20,000 bases of DNA from assembly GCA_000934665.2 (NCBI GenBank), contig JYFJ02001795.1, forward strand, positions 49,543-69,542, in the 5' to 3' direction. This DNA comes from Catajapyx aquilonaris. Taxonomy: Eukaryota. Below the pieces are notes generated by a model. The model made no database searches, was not told the DNA's origin, and saw nothing but the letters and a program-made list of their open reading frames with translations. Both the position numbers and the translations under genes were made by a program. The number at the start of each line of letters is the position of its first letter. The first letter of the stretch is position 1. Positions 10,721-20,000 of this stretch are shown here, in pieces.

Positions 10721-11199
10721 CAGTGTAACCTGGCTATGTTGGACATTGACTGGACAAGTTGACGGTTCCAAAGCGTCCAACATTGCCAGGTTGACAGTAG
10801 CATGGATTTTCGAAGTTAAAGGTAACTTCGGATATAGTAGACAATAGTCCCACTAAAGATGATCCCTGACGTTATTTTAACGACTCTGACGTCAATTTAA
10901 CGATTTTTAACGTCAATTTAACGACTTTTAACGTCAATTTTACTTCAAGATGTGTAACGGCTATTGTACCATTAAGACAGTTTGACGTGAAATTGACGTA
11001 AAAGTAGTTCAAATAACGTCCGAGATCATCTGGCGTGTGACTCTGGTCTACTATATCCGAAGTGGCCTTTAACTCCGAAAATACATGCTAGAGTTGACGG
11101 TTACAAAACGTCCAACATAGGCAAGTTGACGGTTCCAAAATGTCCAACATAGGGAGCTGTCCAACGTATAAGGGTGTCCAACTTCACATGTTTTAACTC
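10721..11199. mobile_element. pogo/Tigger-like MITE with internal 32-bp repeats, interrupted by a nested element
   Basis: TA|cagtgtaacctggctatgttggaca ... tgtccaacttcacatgttttaactc|TA (degenerate TIRs). The internal unit caagttgacggttccaaaatgtccaacatagg occurs on both sides of the insert. Confidence 0.65.
10798..11090. mobile_element. Palindromic MITE with about 105-bp TIRs (superfamily unassigned)
   Basis: Left end tagcatggattttcgaagttaaaggtaacttcggatatagtagac matches the reverse complement of the right end, tagcatgtattttcggagttaaaggccacttcggatatagtagac. Short acgtcaattt repeats lie inside. Confidence 0.9.
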
Positions 11200-11622
11200 T
11201 ACAAATCTAAATCGTGTTCAATATTTTACACGTAGATCTGGTAACATCTACCTGTCGATAGTATACAGTATGTGCTGACACACGTCCACTCTATGTGGCG
11301 ACTAATTGGTACTATCAGAGTGATACTGTATTGTGTATGTTGGACCCTGCGGACAGTCGCATGGCCGACCAACCATCCATCTATTTAATTATTTCGGGTT
11401 CAGAGCCATGCAATAGTGGGTTATTCATGGCCTAAGACCTCTAGGCGCTGAATTCAACGCCGGGCACTGACAGGTGACTTCACTGATTGGTTTATTTCCA
11501 GGAAGGTGCGATGACCTGATATGCGCCAATGATTATCCTAGAAGTTGGAGAAGTGAGAATATAATTGAAGTATTAAAAGTAATTGTAATTAAATGTTCAA
11601 TTTTAATTAATGTTTACAATGT

Positions 11623-11881
11623 ACCGAAGCAGGTCGGTGTAGGGGATAAGGAGCCGGCCTGCTAATCGGGAGGTCCTGGGTTCGAATCCCGGGACCGGCG
11701 ACCCTGACCATGGTTTTCTGTGGTTTTCCATGGTCCCCTCCAGGACAATTCCGGGGTCGTTTCCGTAATAGGCCACAGCCGCTTCCATCCTTCCCTATCC
11801 CTGGTCCCATCCAATGGTGGTAATCCACCCCCCTAAGGGAGCCAAAGGCTCTAGCACGGGGTATATGATTTTTTTTTAAAA
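11623..11881 (+). mobile_element. tRNA-derived SINE, copy 1
   Basis: A-box-like ggtgtaggggataagg, anticodon-like loop ctgctaa, and B box ggttcgaatccc. Body and 3' tail are shared with the copy at 17443-17785. Degenerate TSD: aatgtttacaatgt (11609-11622) and aatgtttatcatgt (11882-11895). Confidence 0.9.
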
Positions 11882-12949
11882 AATGTTTATCATGTGAACA
11901 AATTGCATATTATTTTAATTTATAAGGGTTCATTCAATTTTATAATTCTACTTTAAAATTAATTAATTCTTTATAACGATTTAACCGTCAGAATGTATTG
12001 AAATAAATTTTAATATTTAAACACCTATTAAATTTTTTAATTTGCACTAAATTATCCCCCTTCTTTAACTGTGCAGCCCTGCACCATTCGGAAATCCTGA
12101 TTGGTCCACAACCTGGCGACATTAGTAGAGCACACGCTGGGCGCCATTTGTAGTCCATCTCACTTATTCCGTCCTTTAAGGGCCCGTTATGAACATTCTG
12201 CTCCACACGTTAAGAGCACTTATTAGGGGCTCTTAAAGACACCTTTTCCTCTCACAATTTTTTTCCTTTACACTGAAAAGAAATTTACTCTCCTCTTAAA
12301 GGTTACACAAGAAACCCTATATACGTACGGTACTGGAGCTGAAGGGGACGCAAATGGCCACTTGACAGACAAGATGTCGCATGCTTTTTTAAAAAAGCTT
12401 AGAGAGGACTTGTGGGTATACTGAATCAGTCTGAGTAAAAAAAACTCGAAATTTTTTTGAGAAATTAAACCGAAGCATATTTGGCGACATCATTGAGACA
12501 AATCTCCTCGAAATTCCAAATTTTTGGATTTTATTCTAACCCTATTATTGCGAAAAAAATTGCCAAAAAATGGTGCGCATTTATCATATCCCTCCTTCTA
12601 CGTCGTTACGATTTTTATTCCGTCCCATACATCACTTTTTTTTCTCTCTCTTTTTCTCCTCCACCCCCTACTCTACCCACCTACCCCTCCAGCTCTGAAT
12701 ATGCCCGTTTGATCTCGCACGAAAACTCTGCGCCAGACCTTGAGATATTGCTTCTCTAGACGTCTTGGCAGGAATAGAGCATTACGGCTATGTTTTTGCA
12801 CGAGTTTTTTTTTTTTTGTTCGTGCCAGGCCTCTAGGGTGGGATGAAGGATAGAGGTAAAGCTAGATCAGCTCTATATGCGCGAAATGCAAAAAAAAAAC
12901 ACTATGAAAAAATTGATAATTTTTAGATATGGTTTTAGGTTGATAGGAG

Positions 12950-12982
12950 AATGTTGCAAAAATAAGTTACTTTTGCAACATT
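12950..12982. repeat. Perfect 12-bp inverted repeat (9-nt loop)
   Basis: aatgttgcaaaa-ataagttac-ttttgcaacatt. Confidence 0.75.
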
Positions 12983-13017
12983 TACTATTGATTACTATTG
13001 ATATAAAACTTATTATT

Positions 13018-13834
13018 TTGGACACTAAGCTGCTTTTTCTAGCAGCGATTTTTCGGCAAGCCTAAGGTTAATTGAAATAACTTATTTAGGGACAAAAGTT
13101 TAAAGTTTTGTCCCTAAATATATATCTTTCAATTGCTTATTTTAAATATTTATATCTTTTAAATGCTTATTTTAAATATTTATATCTTTTAATTGCTTAT
13201 TTTAAATATTTATATCTTTTAATTGCTTATTTTAAATATTTATATCTTTTAAATGCTTATTTTAAATATTCATACATTTTAAATGCTTACGGTACATTTT
13301 AAATGCTTATTTTAAATATTTATACATTTTTCATGCTGATTTTAAATATTTATACATTTTACATGCTGATTTTAAATATTTATACATTTTTCATGCTGAT
13401 TTTAAATATTTATACATTTTACATGCTGATTTTAAATATTTATACATTTTGCATGCTGATTTTAAATATTTATACATTTTACATGCTTATTTTAAATATT
13501 TATACATTTTTCATGCTTATTTTAAATATTTATACATTTTACATGCTGATTTTAAATATTTATACATTTTACATGCTGATTTTAAATATTTATACATTTT
13601 ACATGCTGATTTTAAATATTTATACATTTTACATGCTGATTTTAAATATTTATACATTTTACATGCTTATTTTAAATATTTATACATTTTACATGCTTAT
13701 TTTAAATATTTATTTCTTAATATAATATTATATAAATATTATTTAGGGACAAAACTAACCCCTTTGTCCCCAAATAATAGTCATTTCAATTAACCTTTCT
13801 AATAATAGCTACTAGAAAAGCAGATAGTGTCCAA
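13018..13834. mobile_element. TIR element copy A (about 100-bp TIRs) with expanded internal 30-bp array
   Basis: ATT|ttggacactaagctgctttttctag...ctagaaaagcagatagtgtccaa|ATT. Each arm contains ggttaattgaaat and an internal hairpin tatttagggacaaaa...ttttgtccctaaata. Confidence 0.9.
13118..13715 (+). repeat. 30-bp minisatellite, about 20 copies
   Basis: Unit ATGCTKATTTTAAATATTTATACATTTTWC. It gives the 10-aa periodic ORF artefacts MLILNIYTFY and HADFKYLYIL. Confidence 0.95.
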
Positions 13835-13837
13835 ATT

Positions 13838-14187
13838 TTGGACACTAAGCTGCTTTTTCTAGCCCTATTCTTAGGAAAGCCTATACGCGGTTAATTGAAA
13901 TAACTATTATTTGGGGGACAAAAGTTTTAGTTTTATCCCTAAATAATATTTCTTTTAAATGTTAAATTTATGTATTTTTTTCTTTTAAATGTTAAATTTA
14001 TGTATTTTTTTCTTTTAAATGTTCATTTGAAATATTTTAAAATGTTTATTTTAGATATTCATTTATTTATATAATATATAATATGAATAAATATTTAAGG
14101 ACAAACTAACACTTTTGTCCCCAAATAATGGCTATTTCAACTAACATTTCTAATAATAGCTACTAGAAAAGCAGATATAGTGTCCAA
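13838..14187. mobile_element. TIR element copy B, head-to-tail with copy A, with a short internal array
   Basis: Same arms as copy A in the same orientation (ttggacactaagctgctttttctagc ... ctagaaaagcagatatagtgtccaa|ATT). The interior has only about 3 units of tcttttaaatgttaaattttatgtattttt. Confidence 0.9.
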
Positions 14188-15344
14188 ATTTTCAACCGTA
14201 GCATTTCACGTGACTATTTTCGACGCGGTGTTTAGCGTTAATCCGTTCCCATAGTTGCGATGAGGATTGGATTAGAAAGGCGATTAGTGAGGTGGTCCCC
14301 GGTGTGGGTAGCACAAAGGGAATATTTTCTGATCCGGCTTGAGTGTGTTTATCGCCGACTGCACCATTCCCTTTACCTGATTCCGACCCAGAATATTTCA
14401 GCTCCCAGCTCTTGAAGCATATTCAACCCACAGTGATTTCCCACCGGATCGTTGCTCGTACAAACACCGGAATAATTTACTCTAATTTATTTACAACAAA
14501 CTTTTGTTGTAAATTAGAGAGAATTTTTTTTACCTATTTTCTGTGTTATATGCTGTAAAAAATGGTTATCACATTTTACATTTATAGGCCTACTTAAATG
14601 TACTAACACATTTGCATATGCAGGCTGTTTCAACTTTTTTGTCCGAACAGTTATCGGAAAATTGAATGTAGCTGCTACTTTGTATGCAGTGACTAGCAAT
14701 AATAACACCTTTGTCCGAAACATTATTTTGATGCATCCTGTACCGAAAACATTTAACGATGAAAACTAGAACGCATCATTGTACTTGACCCGAGCAAATC
14801 GATCAAACAATACACCTCAGAATGTGATGTTTCATCTTTCTGACAGCCAATAGTCTGATAGCACCGAAAAACTAGTCACGCACATATATACGACGTTCCA
14901 AATTCCATGCTATATTCTTTCCCTCGGATAATAAATTTCTCAGAAATTTACAGGTCACGTTTGGGTAAATTGGTCGACCTGCGCATGCGCTTGCATATAA
15001 CGACCCTTTTCTAACGTCCGAATGATCGACACTAGCAACTTCCACAATTCGCATGCAAAATTTGGGGGGGGGATACCGGTTGACGTGACTTGTCCTACTA
15101 GCCATTACTCCAGACAAGGGACACACACAGGCAGTCCTCTTTAAGTGTCCGGCTGGTGTGCTGCACTGCCGAAATTCCCCTCCGTTGCTTTGGTGGGGGG
15201 TGGTCGGGACAGTGTAGGAGTGTCCCATCAAAATGGGCGCGGACAGTTTGGGACGCCTGGCTTTTTAGCTTCCTCACGTGCCCGGAATTCATCCGGAGCC
15301 ATTTTCGCTCCGGACAGCAAGTTTTGTACGGATATGTCGACTGA

Positions 15345-15494
15345 TGCCTGAGCTATTCGGAAGCCTTGTGTAAGAAATTGAAGCCAAAATGGGCCAATAT
15401 GACACTAAGCCCAACTGTAGAGGAAGTTCTAGCAATGGCAGGAAGCAATAAAGTAAACAATGTACGTGAAGATGTTTGTGAATTCATAATGTGA
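15345..15494 (+). pseudogene. Possible decayed C-terminus of a non-LTR retrotransposon ORF2
   Basis: Stop-free frame CLSYSEALCKKLKPKWANMTLSPTVEEVLAMAGSNKVNNVREDVCEFIM*. It loosely fits the C-x2-Y...L...V-x2-F-I pattern I recall after the CCHC knuckle of LINE ORF2. Pattern recognition only. Confidence 0.3.
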
Positions 15495-15574
15495 ATATGG
15501 TGTTATGGTGATATCGCAAAATACATTATAAGTTAATGATGAATATAATAAAGTGAATATAATAGGGTGAATGA

Positions 15575-16060
15575 AATGATTGAGAGGAACATAATGAATT
15601 TTACACAATGAATGTGATGAATATAATGAATTTTACACAATGAATGTGATGAATATAATGAATTTTACACAATGAATGTGATGAATAGAATAATTGAGAG
15701 GAACAAAATGAATTTTACACAATGAATGTGATGAATATAATGAATTTTACATAATGAATGTGATGAATATAATGAATTTTACATAATGAATGTGATGAAT
15801 ATAATGAATTTTACATAATGAATGTGATGAATATAATGAATTTTACATAATGAATGTGATGAATATAATGAATTTTACATAATGAATGTGATGAATAGAA
15901 TAATTTATTGAGAGGAACAAAATGAATTTTACACAATGAATGTGATGAATATAATAAATTTTACACAATGAATGTGATGAATATAATAAATTTTACACAA
16001 TGACTGTGATGTATATAATAAATACGTGATTAGATTTACACAATGAATGCTTGTGATGAA
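15575..16060 (+). repeat. 32-bp minisatellite with higher-order punctuation
   Basis: Unit TGAATTTTACAYAATGAATGTGATGAATATAA. A ttgagaggaaca insert at about 15580, 15694 and 15908 divides the array into blocks of 3, 6 and 3 units. Confidence 0.95.
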
Positions 16061-16119
16061 TTCACAAAACATATATAAAATCCAAGAATGTTATGTAAGT
16101 ACATAATACATACGCAAAT

Positions 16120-16400
16120 TCAATGAATTAAATAAATAAATAAATAAATAAACTAATAAAAATGAATGACTGAATGAATAAATGAATAATATATTATATA
16201 TATATATATATAATGACTGAATGAACGAATAAATAAATAAGCGAATAAATAAAATAAAATAAAAAATGAATGAATGAATAAAATAAAATAAAGAAACTAA
16301 TGAATAAATAAAATAAAATAAAGAAATTAATGAATAAATAAAGAAATGAATAAAATGAATAAGATGAATAAAATGAATAATACATATTTAAGCAAATAAA
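16120..16400 (+). repeat. Compound AT-rich microsatellite (AAAT/GAAT/TA)n
   Basis: Runs of aaat, gaat and aaaat, plus (ta)n at about 16196-16212. Confidence 0.9.
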
Positions 16401-17439
16401 TGTTTCCAGCTCAATCTAACAAAAAATTAGTCACAGAGTCAGTCGCAATCAAATAGTAAATTAAATATAAGCATCATTAACAAAAAATAAAATAGATTAA
16501 ACTATGGATGTACTATAGAGGTTTGGTAACTTGGGTACGTTGGTGTGGCTGTCGCATGGATTCGGACTGATGCCTAATTTGAGGTTTTCACCTGACCTGA
16601 CCTGACCCTAAACTCCATATAGATTCACATGCTCTGAAGTCTCGGCAACATCGCACAATCCGATGAGGAATCCCACTCTCGATATGCAGCATTTCAATTA
16701 TTCAGTTGCGTAACAACTGCATTCCGCAACGATTTGGCCCATGTTCAGGTGTGGTGTTTGCAAAGTCAAGGAAGCAGCAAAAATCATTTTTAGCGTGCCA
16801 AATTTTTGCCAATACTAGGCCCGGATTTTCTCTGACAGCCGACGTGCTTAAAATGTCACTTTCCACTCTGCATACTTTAAAAAAAACGCGCCTAGAATCC
16901 AGAATGATAATTTCTTTTTTTCAATTTTCCAATCCGCCATTTTTGATCCAGGATTGTATCGATTCCATGGCAAAATGCCCATTTTCTTTGTCCCACTTTT
17001 TTTTTTGGTTCGTTGTTATTAAATTTATTTAATGGACACACGATAGGTGCTAAAACCGAATCTGACTATCACCTTTCCCACCACCCAGGTTTTTGAACGA
17101 TTTTAATCCCACAAGGCTATCGTTATATCACTCATCGGATTAATCTGGTAATTGCGTTTTTTGCGCCGTGACATCCAATCATCTTGCCGTGAAAATTTGA
17201 TGATTGCTTCCGTACATTTGCCTGCCAACCAATGCGCATCCCCCTCAAAAAAAATATATAACCTGCGGCTAAAAATGGAAATTACGAGTATTTGATTACG
17301 ATCATGAAACCCGTCAGTCATGTTTGGAAATATTTTTCTTTGATTTCCTTGTTGAATTTGCAAGTTAAAATTGATGTGGAATTGCCAATAAACACGATTA
17401 CTTTTGGTTACCTCTGACTACTATATGGCTACCCATGAC

Positions 17440-17440
<1 letters not shown>

Positions 17441-17514
<74 letters not shown>
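17441..17514 (+). repeat. (AAT)n microsatellite of about 24 units, forming the SINE tail
   Basis: Perfect trinucleotide run directly at the 3' end of the minus-strand SINE. Confidence 0.97.
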
Positions 17515-17785
17515 TCGTACCCCGTGATAAGCCGGCGGCTCTTTAGGGGGGATTTTTTTTTGTCTGGAACTCTTTGCTTTCACTTTTACTTAGCTTTTTG
17601 GAATAGGTTAGGGACGGAAGGAAGCGGCTGTGGCCTATTTTTAGGGAAACAACTCCGGAATTCTCCTGGAGGAACCGTGGGAAACCACAGAAAACCCCGG
17701 TTAGAGTTGCCGGCACCGGGATTCGAACCCAGGACATCCCGATTAGCAGTCGGACTCCTTAACCACTACACCAACTGCTTCTGTT
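17443..17785 (-). mobile_element. tRNA-derived SINE, copy 2, with (ATT)n tail
   Basis: The minus strand reads gaagcagttggtgtagtggttaaggagtccgactgctaatcgggatgtcctgggttcgaatcccgg..., homologous to copy 1. It ends ccccctaaagagccgccggcttatcacgggta followed by about 24 ATT units. TSD ccatgactat at 17433-17442 and 17786-17795. Confidence 0.92.
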
Positions 17786-19101
17786 CCATGACTATTATGT
17801 AACTACACATGACTACTACTTGAATGTGACTACGCATGACTACTCTGTGACTATCCATGGCTATACTCTGTGGCTATACGAGACCACTCCATGATTTATT
17901 ATGATTACTTGTAACTACTATGTGACTACCCAAGACTACTATATGATTACACTCTGATTACGCAGCTTCAATTTTTGCAAAACATAATTGTATTGTACAA
18001 AAAGTCATGTTTAGGAAGATTTTTGATTTCCTTGTTGAATTCGCCAGTTAAAATTAATATGAAATTGCCAATAAACAGAAATGGTATTACTTGTGATTAC
18101 CAATGATTACTCTGTGACTACTAATGATTACTCTGCGACTAGTAGTGATTACTCTGCGAGTACTAATGATTAATCTGTGAACACAAACGATAATTACTGT
18201 GATTACAAATAATTACTGTGATTACAAATAATTACTGTGATTACAAATAATATTACTGTGATTACAAATAAAATTACTGTGATTACAAATAATATTACTG
18301 TAATTACAAATAAAATTACTGTGGTTACAAATAATATTATTGTGATTTGAAATAATTACTGTCATTACAAATGACTACACTGCGATCACAAATGATTACT
18401 GTGATTACAAATGATTACTCTGTGATTACGCAATATCAATTTTACAAAAAATGAAGCTACAAAGGAGTGTATCGTAAAAATGATGATTCATGATATTTAG
18501 TCGCCCCCAGCGACAACGACCAACGACCACCGATGCGGCGCTCGTATGAACCCACCGTCAACTATCGCCCAACAGAGCAACTTCCAAATGAATTCAATGT
18601 TAACGAGCTTCTTATCAGGCAGTAATTATTAAAAAGACTGGCTTCTCACAAGTTGGCCCACCAATTTGCATACGAAAAGGTGGGCAGGGGTCCTATTGGG
18701 GTTTGCGGCTCCAGGATTCCCTCCCACAGAACTGAATCCCCTGGAATCACCCAGCATTGTTCCGGGGTTTCCCTTGCAAAGGCACCACCGGAATTAAACT
18801 TGCAAAGACAAGCAATCCCTCTTTCATCCTCCACTCCTCCAACTCCTAATGTTTGCTTGTAAGTAAATTTAATCCCAGGGCTCGAACCCGGGGCTCGACC
18901 ATTCAAAAGCCTCGTGGCGACTTACCCCCCCTGGAGGAACTTAGAACCGAAGCATCATTATAAGACTCGGCCTTCGAGTCTCTAAGTCCTAATGCCCTCT
19001 TACAGTCATGTCATGCACTCCTGGCAAAATAGTTTTAAAGCACTATCTGAAACTAATGGTTGGACTTGTACCAGCCTACCATATGGCCTAAGTTTCCTTC
19101 C

Positions 19102-19205
19102 CTGCGGATCCACTCCTACCCTAGAGCGGATCCACTCTTACCATTCAGCGGATCCACCCCTGCCCTTCAGCGGATCCACGCCTATCCGTCAGCTGATCCA
19201 CGCAT
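19102..19205 (+). repeat. 22-bp minisatellite, 5 copies
   Basis: gc(g/t)gatccac core at 19104, 19126, 19148, 19170 and 19192. Confidence 0.9.
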
Positions 19206-19230
19206 AGGAAAGTATGCAAAATTTCGGCCC

Positions 19231-19360
19231 TTATGATTACCCTAGATTACGTTGTGATTATATGATTACCTTGAAATTTCCTATGATTACGTACTTATGA
19301 TTACATAATAGCTACATGATTACCTGGATTACTAAACGAAGTGCAAACCAGATTACCACA
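19231..19360 (+). repeat. Degenerate GATTAC-motif array
   Basis: About 9 gatta(c) motifs, resembling the arrays at 17400-18430. Confidence 0.7.
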
Positions 19361-20000
19361 GTGGGTAAAGCATGGATCAACCTTTTGAAGGTTCACACTT
19401 CTGTCCACGTAGTACCGTACTCCTCGCAGAGATGACTCACCACGAACAAACAGAGGCACAGACTTTTACCCTTTCTAATCATATTAACCTGCAAGACCTG
19501 TACCCAACCATGTCTAGCAAGTGTTAATAGCACTAGTGGCAGGATCTTATCCTGGCATCGACCTTTGGCCCTACAGGGTGTGCATGGGCGCCATAATTAG
19601 TTGGCAACCCCCTTTTAAAAATGCATGGTACCACATCGCTACCGAGATTGTTTTCAGCTGGGGTGAGTTGGCCCCTGCCTGCCCCGTGGAGAAATCTGGT
19701 CAGAGTTGGGTGGGTGGGGAGAGGAAGGGGGCACTCCCCCCTCCCTCCCTCCCTCTGTCGGATAATTGCACCGAGATGGAGTCTACGTGTAGGACGCACT
19801 TGGAATCATCAACTCTCCTCCCTACACACGCTCACCCATGGTTGCACTTGCCACGCACTTGCCCTTTTTTGTAGGAGGATGGGTATGCAAATAGGCTAGG
19901 CATCTGGGTCGATGTGTAGCATCCCGGGTAATACGGCGAAACTGCGACCGCGACTGGTCAGAACGGTTATTTATAGCCGTTATATAAGCCGCTAAATTGG

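Larger units (their letters stand above)
17317..18452 (+). repeat. Two tandem composite units: about 80-bp head, GAYTAC-motif array, short tail
   Basis: Head gtcatgttt...tttgatttccttgttgaatt...agttaaaatt...aattgccaataaaca at 17317 and 18004. Tail tgattacgca...tcaatttt.caaaa at about 17955 and 18423. Unit 2 has an array of about 20-23 bp (attactgtgattacaaata). Confidence 0.85.

Noticed and set aside
11626..11700. tRNA-Ser(GCT) gene (also 17710-17781 minus)
   Set aside because: No proper acceptor stem or long variable arm. It continues into a shared body, tail and TSD, so it is a SINE head.
12296..12315. TTAA|AGG Kolobok-like left end
   Set aside because: No matching inverted right end was found.
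13108..13793. Periodic ORFs MLILNIYTFY and HADFKYLYIL
   Set aside because: Translations of the 30-bp minisatellite.
16655..16690. Hammerhead-like ccgatgag...ctcgata
   Set aside because: Both catalytic boxes deviate from CUGANGA and GAAA, and the flanking stems are not evident.
17404..17802. Poly-Asn and poly-Ile ORFs
   Set aside because: Translations of the (AAT)n SINE tail and the antisense SINE body.
18872..18902. B-box-like gggttcgagccc on the minus strand (third SINE?)
   Set aside because: No A box, body or tail homology to the two SINE copies.

Overview
Eukaryotic, gene-free, repeat-dense DNA, probably from an arthropod (inferred from short TTAGG runs and an insect-type tRNA-SINE). 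I can support no protein-coding gene, functional RNA gene or CRISPR array. The long ORFs are mostly translations of tandem or low-complexity repeats, and none resembles a protein I recognise. The window is a patchwork of non-autonomous mobile DNA. It holds a Tc1/mariner-type MITE (1223-1448), a foldback-like structure with inverted 23-bp arrays (about 1700-3390), and a pogo-like MITE carrying a nested palindromic MITE (10721-11199). It also holds two copies of one tRNA-derived SINE with apparent TSDs (11623-11881 +, 17443-17785 -), a head-to-tail dimer of a TIR element whose copies differ in internal array expansion (13018-14187), and many 22-57 bp minisatellites. The recurring theme is TIR elements that carry internal tandem arrays at different stages of expansion. 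Two short stretches may be decayed retroelement coding relics (low confidence). All alignments were done by eye, with no database searches.
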